Origin: an uncultured Peptostreptococcaceae bacterium
GTDB taxonomy: Bacteria > Bacillota > Clostridia > Tissierellales > Peptoniphilaceae
Assembly (NCBI GenBank): GCA_947283485.1
Contig: CAMYOU010000004.1
Span: 880-24,879 of the forward strand
DNA: 24,000 bases
Direction of reading: 5' to 3'
The notes below the pieces were generated by a model. The model had not been told where the DNA came from. It saw nothing but the letters and a program-made list of their open reading frames with translations, and searched no databases. Below are positions 14,154 to 22,681 of this stretch, piece after piece (positions within the stretch are counted from its first letter, which is position 1; the number at the start of each line of letters is the position of its first letter). A program made the translations under genes and the position numbers.

Positions 14154-16333
14154 CCATACCTCCGAAAGCCCCAGACGATGACAAGATCCATGGCAAGCAC
14201 CATGAATGCGCAGATCCGATTTTTCCGCGTTCGATCTCTTAAAGTATACGGGAATTCCGTGTTTTCGTCTACAAAAATCATGCCCTCCCGATCGGTGCGA
14301 TACGTCCTCACGCCGCGTCGATCGAATCGCGCAAGCGTCTCCTCGTGCGGGTGTCCGTAGGTGTTGTTGCGCCCGGCACTCACGATCGCCGACTCGGGAC
14401 GCACGGCATCGAGAAAGAAATCGTGTGAAGACGTGCGCGAGCCGTGATGTCCCGCGTGGAGAATCTTCGCCGGCGGGATGAGGCGCACGAGCGTTGTCTC
14501 CGCGTCTTTCTCGGCGTCGCCTGGATAGAGGAGCGTGTGTCGTTTCGTCGTCACATGCGTCACGATCGAGCCGTTGTTCCCCGAAAAGGGTGTTGTAAAG
14601 AATCGAAACGTACCGTCCGCGTTTTCGTAGACATCGCCCGTCCGTACTCGGATGACAGGCACGCCCTTTCGTTTTGCCGCGCTTAATACCTCTGTGCCCA
14701 GTGGATCATCATCGAATTGCTCTGTCACGAGGAGTCTTTGCACGCGAAACGCATCAAAGAGGGCGATCGCATTTTCCACATGGTCGGCATCGGGATGTGT
14801 GAGCAAGAGCGTGTCGATCTTCGTCGTGCCGATCGCGCGGAGGAACGGAAAGAGTAAGCCCTCGCCGGAGTCAAATCGTCCGTGCCCCTCGCCTCCGGTG
14901 TCGATCACCATGGTCTCACGCCCGCGAATGACCGTCGCGTCGCCCTGCCCGATGTCCACGTGATAGAACACGGGACGCGGGAAGAACGTATGAACGGCTT
15001 GGATGAGGACGAGAAAGACAATGGATGCGCCGAGAAAACGCAAGACGGGTCTCGAGAGCCGCACACGCGGAAACGCATCCGAGAACGCCATCCAAAGAAG
15101 CACGCCATAGGCGAGGACGAGCGTCGCATCCGCCTTGCCGAAGTGAAGCGCAAGGTTCGGGAAGAGTTTTGTGAGTGCGACGAAGAGATCGAGCGGGACG
15201 GCGATGATTTTGAGGAGAGACACCCCTGCAAAACTTCCGAGAAATGGAAGAAACACGACCGTAAGCGCAAAGGCGAAAACAAAGAACGGAGCCGCGACGA
15301 GATTCGCCGCAAGGGTCACAAGCGGCACGGCACCGAAGAAGAGAAGCGTCACCGGAAATACACCGAGCCCCGCCCCAAGTGTCGTCGCGACAGGCGTACC
15401 GAGCGCGCGAAAACGCGGTGAGAGGACGAGGATCCCCGCCGTCGCCGCGAACGAGAGGAGAAACGACGGCGAGAAAAGCGCATACGGATTGATAAGGAGA
15501 ATCACGATCCACGCGACCTTGAGGCCATCTTCGGCGCAATGGAGAAACCCGAGAGCCGGTGCCGCGAGCGCGAGACTCGCCATGATCCACGCACGCACGA
15601 GTGACGGCGGAAATCCCGTGACGAGGACATAGAAAAATAAGAGGAGAATCGTCGCGGAACTCCGCATTTTGTATGTGAGCGGAAAGAGTGCGAAAAGCGT
15701 CCGGAGTATCGTCGCGAGAATGAGCACGTGCAGTCCGCTCGCCGCGAGAAGATGGGATAGTCCCACGCCACGCACACCGTTCGCCGCTCCCCCGCCGTAG
15801 CCGAAGAGCGCGTGTAAGAGAAGCTTGCCGTTCTCGCCGAGCGGTGCGAGACGCGCTTTCACCGTACGCACGAGCCGCGTCCGGATGGTTTCGCCCATCA
15901 CCGTGACCTCGTCGGTGTAGACTTTGGATCTTGCGCCGAGCGTTCTCATGTACATCTCTTCGTCGAAGCCGTAGAGATTCCTCTGCGGCATCGGGCGTTT
16001 CCGTTCCCCGCGAAAGGCGATCGTCTCGCCCGGGAGAAGAGACATCGATGTGCGTAAGAGAATCTTTCCCTCGTTCGTCCGCACGAGCGCACGCGTCCCG
16101 TCCTCATCCTCGCGCAGAACGCGCACGACAAGACCCGTGCCTTGAAAATTTCCGGAGACGAAATCCGGGGACGCAAGGAATGTGAGCACCGTCGCTGCCA
16201 GGAAAAAGATTGCAGTCTTGCGATTTTTGCACACAAAAAGACCGACGAGTCCCGCCACAATCGCATAAAATCCGAACGTCGCGGCGAGAAATACCCCTGC
16301 CGCAACGGCAAGACAACCCGTCGATCTTTTCAT
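14114..16333 (-). CDS. comEC: DNA internalization-related competence protein ComEC/Rec2
   Basis: It has an N-terminal OB-like region, a polytopic competence domain (GLSHLLAASGLHVLIL) and a C-terminal metallo-beta-lactamase domain (VDIGQGDATVI..., LLLTHPDADHVENA, HAGHHGS). I place the start at ATG 16333 (MKRSTGCLAV...), with AAGGAG upstream and 1 nt after the exporter stop. The track's 16441 start would overlap the upstream gene by 107 nt. The 3' end overlaps holA by 40 nt. Confidence 0.9.
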   Translation of the reverse strand: MKRSTGCLAVAAGVFLAATFGFYAIVAGLVGLFVCKNRKTAIFFLAATVLTFLASPDFVSGNFQGTGLVVRVLREDEDGTRALVRTNEGKILLRTSMSLLPGETIAFRGERKRPMPQRNLYGFDEEMYMRTLGARSKVYTDEVTVMGETIRTRLVRTVKARLAPLGENGKLLLHALFGYGGGAANGVRGVGLSHLLAASGLHVLILATILRTLFALFPLTYKMRSSATILLLFFYVLVTGFPPSLVRAWIMASLALAAPALGFLHCAEDGLKVAWIVILLINPYALFSPSFLLSFAATAGILVLSPRFRALGTPVATTLGAGLGVFPVTLLFFGAVPLVTLAANLVAAPFFVFAFALTVVFLPFLGSFAGVSLLKIIAVPLDLFVALTKLFPNLALHFGKADATLVLAYGVLLWMAFSDAFPRVRLSRPVLRFLGASIVFLVLIQAVHTFFPRPVFYHVDIGQGDATVIRGRETMVIDTGGEGHGRFDSGEGLLFPFLRAIGTTKIDTLLLTHPDADHVENAIALFDAFRVQRLLVTEQFDDDPLGTEVLSAAKRKGVPVIRVRTGDVYENADGTFRFFTTPFSGNNGSIVTHVTTKRHTLLYPGDAEKDAETTLVRLIPPAKILHAGHHGSRTSSHDFFLDAVRPESAIVSAGRNNTYGHPHEETLARFDRRGVRTYRTDREGMIFVDENTEFPYTLRDRTRKNRICAFMVLAMDLVIVWGFRRYGWTTENSLHQSIR

Positions 16334-16334
16334 T

Positions 16335-18098
16335 TTATGACACTCCTTCTGTTTGCATCTTGAGGCTTGCGGATTGAAAACGCGCAAGCTGCGCATAGCG
16401 TCCGTCTTTTGCCATGAGTTCTTCATGCGTCCCGCGCTCAATGATGCGCCCGTGATGCAGGACGAGAATTTCGTCCGCGCTCCGAATCGTCGAAAGTCGA
16501 TGCGCGATGATCAGCGTCGTACGATTTTTCTTCACGACCTCGACGGCGTGCGTGATCCGTTGTTCCGTCTCGCTGTCGATATTCGAAGTCGCCTCGTCGA
16601 GGACGAGGATCTCCGGATTGTGTGCGAGTGCGCGTGCAAAACTGATGAGCTGCCTCTCGCCCGCGCTGAACGTCGTGCCCTTCTCGGTGACGGGCGCATC
16701 AATCCCGCCTGCCCGATCGAGAAGACTCTGCGCCCCGACTTCGCGGAGTGCGCGAACGGCGTCCTCACGCGTCACCCGTTTGTCGCCGAGTGCGATATTG
16801 TCGTAGACCGATCCCGTAAAGAGATACGGATCCTGTAGGACAATCCCCATGCGATCGCGCAGTTTCCTCCGTGCGACCGTCCGCGTATCCGTCTCGCCGA
16901 TGCGGATGATGCCGGAATCGGGATCGTAGAAACGGAAGAGGAGATTCATCATCGAGGATTTGCCGCTCCCCGTCGCGCCGACGAGTGCCACGGTTTTGCC
17001 TTTCGGCAGATGGAACGAAATATCCTTCAGAACCTCCTCGCCCTCGACATAGGAAAAATGGACATCTCGAAAATCGACATCGCCGTAATCCTTAAGCGCG
17101 TCGCCCTCCACGGACTCCGTCTCCATATTGAAGAGTTCAAAGATATGATCCGCCGCGGAAAACGCGCGCTGCACATTGCCGAGTGTCTGCATGAGGTTCT
17201 GCACTTGCCTGAAGAGAATCGAAATATACTGCGTGAGCGAATAGAGGATCCCGACGCTCACCGCATACGCGCCCGTGATTTTGCCGTAGCCGAAATAGTA
17301 GAGCACGCCCGCCATACACAGACCGCTGAACAGTTCGATGATGTTGAACGAAAACGCACCCGAAACCCGATTGAAACGGTAATTCGTCTTGAGCCAGCCC
17401 TCGTTTTCACGTCGAAAATCTTTTCGCATCGCCTCCTCGGCGCCGAAAGCAGAGAGGATTTTCATCCCCGCAATGGACTCGTGGACGACCGCGTTGACCG
17501 CCGAGAGATGGGCGCGCAGTTTGGTGTGGAGCGCATTTGTCCGTTTGGAATAATAGCGCATCGCCGGGATAAAGAGTACCCACAGGAGCAGAGAATAGAA
17601 AAAGAGTTTCGGATCGATGGCGTAGATTGCCACGTAGACCCCGACGAGATAGAGCACGTTCATGATCATCTGCCACGCGATGATCTCGTAGAGCGACTGC
17701 AGGTGATTGGTGTCGTTCGTGATGCGTGAAACCACCGTGCCGACCGGCAGACTGTCAAAATATCGGATCGGAAATTCCTGAATGCGATGAAAGACATCGC
17801 GACGGAGTTCCAGCGCAATCTCGTTTGCCGCGCGATTGAAAGTGGTGTTCGAGAGATAGCGAAAGAGTGCCATCGTGAGCATGAGCGCGACATAGAGCCC
17901 GAGGAGTTTATAAAAGACGGATTTATGCACGATACCGATGCCTTCGGCGAGCGTTCCGTCTAAGAGTTTCGCGATGATTCTCGGCGCGATGACCTCGATC
18001 GCGATCGTCACCGTCGCGAAGACGACCCCGAGTGTCATCGTCCACTTCCCTCGGAGAAAATATTCCCACAGGAGTCTGTTTCTCGATTTATGCTTCAA
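16335..18098 (-). CDS. ABC exporter half-transporter (TMD-NBD), subunit with canonical Walker B but degenerate signature
   Basis: An N-terminal six-helix type-I exporter TMD is followed by Walker A GATGSGKSS, signature FSAGERQLISFARAL (non-consensus), Walker B ILVLDEATSNID and H-loop IIAHRLS. The TTG start overlaps the upstream stop by 11 nt (TTGAAGCATAA), with GGAGG 9 nt upstream. Confidence 0.9.
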   Translation of the reverse strand: MKHKSRNRLLWEYFLRGKWTMTLGVVFATVTIAIEVIAPRIIAKLLDGTLAEGIGIVHKSVFYKLLGLYVALMLTMALFRYLSNTTFNRAANEIALELRRDVFHRIQEFPIRYFDSLPVGTVVSRITNDTNHLQSLYEIIAWQMIMNVLYLVGVYVAIYAIDPKLFFYSLLLWVLFIPAMRYYSKRTNALHTKLRAHLSAVNAVVHESIAGMKILSAFGAEEAMRKDFRRENEGWLKTNYRFNRVSGAFSFNIIELFSGLCMAGVLYYFGYGKITGAYAVSVGILYSLTQYISILFRQVQNLMQTLGNVQRAFSAADHIFELFNMETESVEGDALKDYGDVDFRDVHFSYVEGEEVLKDISFHLPKGKTVALVGATGSGKSSMMNLLFRFYDPDSGIIRIGETDTRTVARRKLRDRMGIVLQDPYLFTGSVYDNIALGDKRVTREDAVRALREVGAQSLLDRAGGIDAPVTEKGTTFSAGERQLISFARALAHNPEILVLDEATSNIDSETEQRITHAVEVVKKNRTTLIIAHRLSTIRSADEILVLHHGRIIERGTHEELMAKDGRYAQLARFQSASLKMQTEGVS

Positions 18099-19827
18099 TG
18101 GTCATCGCCTCCATTTCTTGGAGTTTGTATTCCTCTTGATAGTAACCCGGTCTCTTCACGAGTTCGTCGTGCGTCCCGCGATCGATGATCCGACCATGTT
18201 CCATGACGAGGATGAGATCCGCGTCTTTCACCGCCGAGAGACGATGGCTTACGATGAGATTCGTCATCCCCGCGCGTTCACGCCGAAGCGACGTGAGAAT
18301 ATTCTTCTCCGTCTGCGCATCGACTGCGGAGAGCGCGTCGTCGAGGATCAGGATCTCGGGTTCGGTAAGGAGTGCGCGTGCAATCGAGATGCGTTGTTTT
18401 TGCCCGCCCGAGAGCGAAACGCCTTTCTCCCCCGCGAGCGTATCGAGTCCGTCCTTGAGTTGCGGGATGTCTTTGGCAAAATCCGCCGCAAGGATTGCAG
18501 CTTGCACCTCTTCTTCCGTCGCGTCGGGACGTGCGAGTTTGATGTTCTCGAGCACCGTTTTGGAAAAAATGATATTCTCCTGCGTCACGAGACCGATCTT
18601 TGCGCGTTGACTCTCGACCGAGAAATGCTCGACGGGTTCGCCGTTTACGAGATAGCTTTTCTCATTCGGATAAAAACGCAAGAACTGATCGATGAGCGTC
18701 GACTTGCCCGAGCCTGTGCGCCCGACGATCCCCACGGTCATGCCGCGCCCTATGGTGAGCGTAATGTCCTCGAGATTCTTGTGATCGCTCGACGGATAGG
18801 TAAAATCGTAGTCCCGCATCTCGAAAGACGCGAACGCATCGAGTGGTTTCCCGCTCGTCCAATCGGGTGCGGGGGCCCGGAGGACCTGTTCGATGCGGTC
18901 GAGACCCGCCTTGCCTCGGCTCTGCGTGTTCACGATCTCCGAGAGCGCGAACATCGGCCAGGTAAATTGCCCGACATAGAGCATGAAGGCGAGGAGTGAA
19001 CCGAGCGTGATCTGCCCTTGGCGTAGAAGCGCCGCCCCGTAGAGAAGCGCGACGATATAGGAGAGCGTCGCGATGATCCGCGCCGCCGGAAAAAAGAGCG
19101 CGGAGAGTCGCAAAGCCGCGATGTTGCGGTCATAGATCACATGCGCACGCCTTGCAAACTTCACTTTCTCGCGTTCTTCCGTGCCGAACGCGCGCACGAC
19201 ACGCACACCCTCGACATTCTCCACGACGAGATCGTTGAGATCGCTCTTCGCCTCCTCCGCCGCGCGATATCTTTTGTACGCGACATTGCCGAGTTGTTTC
19301 GTCCCGTAAAAGAGGAGCAAAAACGGCGCAATCGACGCGAGGGTGAGTTTCCACGACGTCGTCGCAATCATCACGATGACGAGGAAAATCGGCATGACGA
19401 TTCCGTCCGCGATACACATGACGCCGAAACCCGCCATCTCCGTCACGCTATCGATATCGCCCGTCACGCGGTTCATAAGATCTCCCGAGCCGAAACGTTC
19501 GTAGAAGACGGGATCTTCCGTGAAAAAATGCTCCATGAGTTTCGAGCGCAAAGTCGCACCCAGCGTATCCGACGCATTCCAGAGATGCATCTGCCAGAGA
19601 TAACTCAGTACGTAGTTAAGCACTGTTGCAAGCACAATCAGCCCCACGACTTTTACGAGCCCGTCGACCGTCGCCGTCCCCTTGCTGAGCGCGTCGATTA
19701 AGAGCGACATGAGGCGCGGCGGCGCGAGGATCAAAAGATCCGAGAGAATGAGCAACGGAAAAGCGATGCGATACATCTTTTTTTCCTTGCGGATATGCCA
19801 TCCGATTTTTCGATACCCTTCAAACAT
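18088..19827 (-). CDS. ABC exporter half-transporter (TMD-NBD), subunit with Asp replacing the catalytic Glu
   Basis: A type-I exporter TMD is followed by Walker A GRTGSGKST, consensus signature LSGGQKQRISIARAL, Walker B ILILDDALSAVD (D instead of the catalytic E) and H-loop IVSHRLS. RBS GGAGG lies upstream of the ATG at 19827. Confidence 0.9.
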   Translation of the reverse strand: MFEGYRKIGWHIRKEKKMYRIAFPLLILSDLLILAPPRLMSLLIDALSKGTATVDGLVKVVGLIVLATVLNYVLSYLWQMHLWNASDTLGATLRSKLMEHFFTEDPVFYERFGSGDLMNRVTGDIDSVTEMAGFGVMCIADGIVMPIFLVIVMIATTSWKLTLASIAPFLLLFYGTKQLGNVAYKRYRAAEEAKSDLNDLVVENVEGVRVVRAFGTEEREKVKFARRAHVIYDRNIAALRLSALFFPAARIIATLSYIVALLYGAALLRQGQITLGSLLAFMLYVGQFTWPMFALSEIVNTQSRGKAGLDRIEQVLRAPAPDWTSGKPLDAFASFEMRDYDFTYPSSDHKNLEDITLTIGRGMTVGIVGRTGSGKSTLIDQFLRFYPNEKSYLVNGEPVEHFSVESQRAKIGLVTQENIIFSKTVLENIKLARPDATEEEVQAAILAADFAKDIPQLKDGLDTLAGEKGVSLSGGQKQRISIARALLTEPEILILDDALSAVDAQTEKNILTSLRRERAGMTNLIVSHRLSAVKDADLILVMEHGRIIDRGTHDELVKRPGYYQEEYKLQEMEAMTIEA

Positions 19828-19851
19828 GGTCTACCTCCAATGATGAGCATT

Positions 19852-19880
19852 ATTATATCAGATGACGCCGCCATAATAAA
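19852..19880 (-). promoter_or_regulatory. Promoter for the exporter-exporter-comEC-holA transcription unit
   Basis: The minus strand reads TGaTATAAT, a perfect extended -10 (19860..19852). The -35 is weak: TTTATT (19880..19875) at a 17-nt spacing. It lies about 25 nt upstream of the ATG at 19827. Confidence 0.5.
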
Positions 19881-19903
19881 CAATGCTCAGTTCTCCGGAA
19901 ACG

Positions 19904-19932
19904 CTGATTTTCTCATTCATTTCTGTTACAAT
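19904..19932 (+). promoter_or_regulatory. Divergent promoter for the AlaX-like/ychF unit
   Basis: TGtTACAAT gives an extended -10 (19924..19932). The -35 is weak: CTGATT at a 17-nt spacing. It lies about 20 nt upstream of the ATG at 19952. Confidence 0.4.
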
Positions 19933-19951
19933 TGGACAAAAGGAGGCTTCC

Positions 19952-21028
19952 ATGGATCATCTCTATCTCGACAATCCCTATCTTCGCAAAATTCGCGCCA
20001 ATATCATCGAACAGACGCAGAGCAACGAAGGTGTTCATATTGTACTCGACAAGACCGTCTTTCGTCCCGGCGAGATCGGCACCATCGACGGCGAGAACGT
20101 CATCGCCGTCTTCACGGATCAGGACAAGATCATCCACCGTGTCGCCGCAAGAATCCCCGGACCCGAAGTGACCGTGGAAGTGGATGAGCGTTCCCGCGCG
20201 CAGATGCTCGCGAATCGCACCGCCAGTGCCATCATTGAGGGACTCTTACGCCGTATCTATGCCGCCGAAGTGGAAAAAATTGAATTTGACCTCAAGCGCG
20301 GCTTTACGATGATCCTCAAGGGGACTGAATACATCGACGATGATTTTCACATCCTCGTGTCCCTCTCCAACGCCATCGTGCGAAATGCCGTGGCGACGCG
20401 CATCTATACGGAAAAGGGCACGCGCATGCTCGAGATCCCGACGCTCCCTCCCATGCCTTGGAGCGAATCCGTCGCGGATAATACCGGCGAAGTCGGCGGC
20501 ATTGCACTCAATGTGAACCGCGACGAAGACGGCGTTTCGTTCACCGTCATCGCCGGAGCAGAATACGAGCGTCTCACCTCCGAGTGGCTCGCGCGTCTCG
20601 GCGACGAACGCGATATCGACGAAGTCTTTTCGAAAGTCCTCTCCTGGGAAAGTGCCGTGAAGAAAGGCGCGGAAGAAAACGCCCGACTCACGAAAGAAGT
20701 CGCCCATCTTCGGCGCGAGATCCTCACGAAAGCCAAGAGTGCCTATCGCGGACTCGTCTTTGTGAAGCATCATTTTGACACCCCCGTCGAAAGTCTCGCA
20801 GAGCTTGCCGACAGAAGCGGCGACGTCTTCCTCTTGTCCGAATCCGGCGGCAAAGTCTACATCCGCGTGAAAGACAAACGACTCTCACCCAAGACCTTTA
20901 TGAATCTTTTTCAGACCTATACCGACACGCCCCCTGCGGAAGTCTATCTCTACGAGGGCACCGCAAAAGAGCCGGAGGAGTTCTTGGAAAATCTCTACGA
21001 AGCCATGAAGAAAAAATTAAGAGGCTAG
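19952..21028 (+). CDS. AlaX-L-like protein (alanyl-tRNA-synthetase-related N-terminal barrel, editing-like core and DHHA1-like tail) apparently lacking the zinc-binding histidines
   Basis: I place the start at ATG 19952, with GGAGG 6 nt upstream; the track's 19883 start has no RBS. The N-terminus MDHLYLDNPYLRKIRANIIEQTQSNEGVHIVLDKTVFRPGEIGTIDGENV resembles, from my memory of the family, the AlaX/AlaRS-C pattern (LYyeDpYlkef.a.V......g...vvLDkT.FyP.gGGQp.D.G.I.g). The C-terminal ...LLSESGGKVYIRVKDKRLS is DHHA1-like. Confidence 0.55.
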   Translation: MDHLYLDNPYLRKIRANIIEQTQSNEGVHIVLDKTVFRPGEIGTIDGENVIAVFTDQDKIIHRVAARIPGPEVTVEVDERSRAQMLANRTASAIIEGLLRRIYAAEVEKIEFDLKRGFTMILKGTEYIDDDFHILVSLSNAIVRNAVATRIYTEKGTRMLEIPTLPPMPWSESVADNTGEVGGIALNVNRDEDGVSFTVIAGAEYERLTSEWLARLGDERDIDEVFSKVLSWESAVKKGAEENARLTKEVAHLRREILTKAKSAYRGLVFVKHHFDTPVESLAELADRSGDVFLLSESGGKVYIRVKDKRLSPKTFMNLFQTYTDTPPAEVYLYEGTAKEPEEFLENLYEAMKKKLRG

Positions 21029-21073
21029 GCCTCGATACGCACCGAAGACCCAATCGGGAAAGGAGAACCCAAT

Positions 21074-22171
21074 ATGAAACTCGGAATCGTCGGACTTCCC
21101 AATGTCGGGAAGTCGACCCTTTTTAACGCCATCACCAATCAAAAAGCCGATGCGCAGAACTATCCTTTCTGCACCATCGACCCCAATGTCGGACTCGTCG
21201 AAGTCCCCGACCCGAGACTCAAAGTCCTCGCCGAATACAGTCACGCGAAGAGAATCGTCCCCGCCGCCATCGAATTTTATGACATCGCGGGACTCGTCCG
21301 CGGCGCGTCCAAAGGCGAAGGTCTCGGCAATAAATTCCTCGCGAACATCCGCGAAGTCGCCGCCATCGTCCACGTCCTGAGACTCTTCGAAGACGAGAAC
21401 GTCGTCCACGTCGACGGCAGTGTCGACCCCGCGCGCGACATCGAAACCATCGAGACCGAACTCATCTTCGCCGATCTCGAAGTCCTCGAGAAACGCAAGA
21501 CCCGCCTTGAGAAACAAGTGAAAGGCGACAGGACTTTGGCAGGTGAACTCGAGTTCACGAAAAAACTCATCGCGAGACTCGAATGCGGCATGAGCGCACG
21601 CGGCTCGGCAGAGACCGAAGACGAAGAAAAATGGCTTCGGGAAATGCAACTCTTAACCGCGAAACCCGTGATCTACGTCGCGAACGTCTCCGAAGACGAT
21701 CTCATGGATCCTAAGTCCCTCCCCGCCTATCGCGCCGTCGAAGAAATCGCCGCCAAGACCGGTGCACGCGTCCTCGCCATCAGTGCCGCCATCGAAGCGG
21801 AACTCTCCACGCTCGACCCTGAAGAACGCGCGGAATATTTACACGATCTCGGCGTCGAATCCTCCGGACTCGAAAGACTCATCCGCGTAAGCTACGATCT
21901 TCTCGGTCTCATGAGTTTTATCACCACCGGCGAAATCGAGACCCGCGCATGGACGATCAAGAAAAACACCCGCGCCCAGAACGCCGCCGGCAAAATTCAC
22001 TCCGACATCGAACGCGGATTCATCCGTGCGGAAATCATCTCCTATGACGTCCTCGTCGGAGAAGCCGAGGGCAGCATGCAAAAGGCCCGCGAAAAAGGTC
22101 TCATTCGCTCCGAAGGCAAAGACTATATCATGCAAGAGGGCGATATCGTGCTTTTCCGCTTCAATGTGTGA
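21074..22171 (+). CDS. ychF: Redox-regulated ribosome-binding ATPase YchF
   Basis: MKLGIVGLPNVGKSTLFNAIT carries the G1 motif. The coiled-coil insert and the C-terminal TGS-like domain (...FIRAEIISYDVLV...GKDYIMQEGDIVLFRFNV) are canonical for YchF. The RBS is GGAGAA. Confidence 0.95.
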   Translation: MKLGIVGLPNVGKSTLFNAITNQKADAQNYPFCTIDPNVGLVEVPDPRLKVLAEYSHAKRIVPAAIEFYDIAGLVRGASKGEGLGNKFLANIREVAAIVHVLRLFEDENVVHVDGSVDPARDIETIETELIFADLEVLEKRKTRLEKQVKGDRTLAGELEFTKKLIARLECGMSARGSAETEDEEKWLREMQLLTAKPVIYVANVSEDDLMDPKSLPAYRAVEEIAAKTGARVLAISAAIEAELSTLDPEERAEYLHDLGVESSGLERLIRVSYDLLGLMSFITTGEIETRAWTIKKNTRAQNAAGKIHSDIERGFIRAEIISYDVLVGEAEGSMQKAREKGLIRSEGKDYIMQEGDIVLFRFNV

Positions 22172-22188
22172 GCAAAGATCGAACCCCA

Positions 22189-22216
22189 AAGGACTTCCCC
22201 GCGAAGTCCTTTTTTG
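22189..22216 (+). terminator. Rho-independent terminator after ychF
   Basis: AAGGACTTC-cccgc-GAAGTCCTT followed by TTTTGA: a perfect 9-bp stem. It lies about 17 nt after the ychF stop. Confidence 0.65.
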
Positions 22217-22285
22217 ATGCGCCAAAACATCCCTGTCCCGACTTCTTCCATATCTTTTTGGGTATATACATTTTAAGGAGGGATC

Positions 22286-22534
22286 ATGATGAATACCAAA
22301 GACAAAATTGAACTCATTGTTTCCGATACGTGCCCGTATTGCAGAAAAGTAGAAGAGTATCTTAAAACGCGTGAAGATCTCACGGTTGCGATTCGCAGTA
22401 TCAACGACGATACGGAGGCTCGAGAAAAACTCATGGAAAAGGGCGGCATGATGCAAGTGCCGTGTCTCTTCGTCGGCGACGAGCCGATGTACGAATCGGA
22501 AGATATCATCAAGTTCTTAAAAGGGCTCGAATAG
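22286..22534 (+). CDS. Glutaredoxin-like small thiol-disulfide oxidoreductase (thioredoxin fold)
   Basis: 82 aa with a CPYC active-site motif near the N-terminus (IELIVSDTCPYCRKVEEYL). The downstream motif ..VPCLFVGDEPMYESEDIIKFL corresponds to the cis-Pro and GG-like region. RBS AAGGAGGG lies 4-7 nt upstream. Confidence 0.82.
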   Translation: MMNTKDKIELIVSDTCPYCRKVEEYLKTREDLTVAIRSINDDTEAREKLMEKGGMMQVPCLFVGDEPMYESEDIIKFLKGLE

Positions 22535-22544
22535 TCCATAAGAA

Positions 22545-22573
22545 GGCTCGCGCAAGGACGCGGGTCTTTTTTT
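22545..22573 (+). terminator. Rho-independent terminator after the glutaredoxin-like gene
   Basis: GGCTCGCG-caagga-CGCGGGTC (8 bp including two G-U pairs) followed by TTTTTTT. Confidence 0.55.
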
Positions 22574-22601
22574 GCGCCCGAACCCATACCTATGGTATAA
22601 A
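22572..22601 (+). promoter_or_regulatory. Promoter of the XRE regulator, with an overlapping palindrome
   Basis: TTGCGC (22572..22577), an 18-nt spacer, then TGgTATAAA giving an extended -10 (22596..22601). The 13-bp palindrome ATACC-tat-GGTAT (22586..22598) overlaps the -10. Confidence 0.45.
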
Positions 22602-22681
22602 ATTTCATCTCCAAAACATACGGTTTGTGGGTTCTCTTTTCCTTTTTCATCTGCGATAATGAAGCTGAAAGGAGGGGTTCG

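Noticed and set aside
16334-16441. N-terminal extensions in the supplied ORF track: comEC to 16441, rpsT from 12797, the XRE regulator from 22625, the AlaX-like gene from 19883, lepA to 11345, and the second lepB to 12704.
   Set aside because: In each case a downstream ATG has a strong GGAGG/AAGGA Shine-Dalgarno at 5-9 nt and gives a family-typical N-terminus. The longer forms lack an RBS and would overlap upstream genes, terminators or promoters.
22217-22285. A possible promoter for the glutaredoxin-like gene (TATATA near 22265).
   Set aside because: No acceptable -35 hexamer lies at a 16-18 nt spacing; the best GAC core is at 19 nt. I could not support a call. The gene may have a weak promoter or rely on read-through of the ychF terminator.
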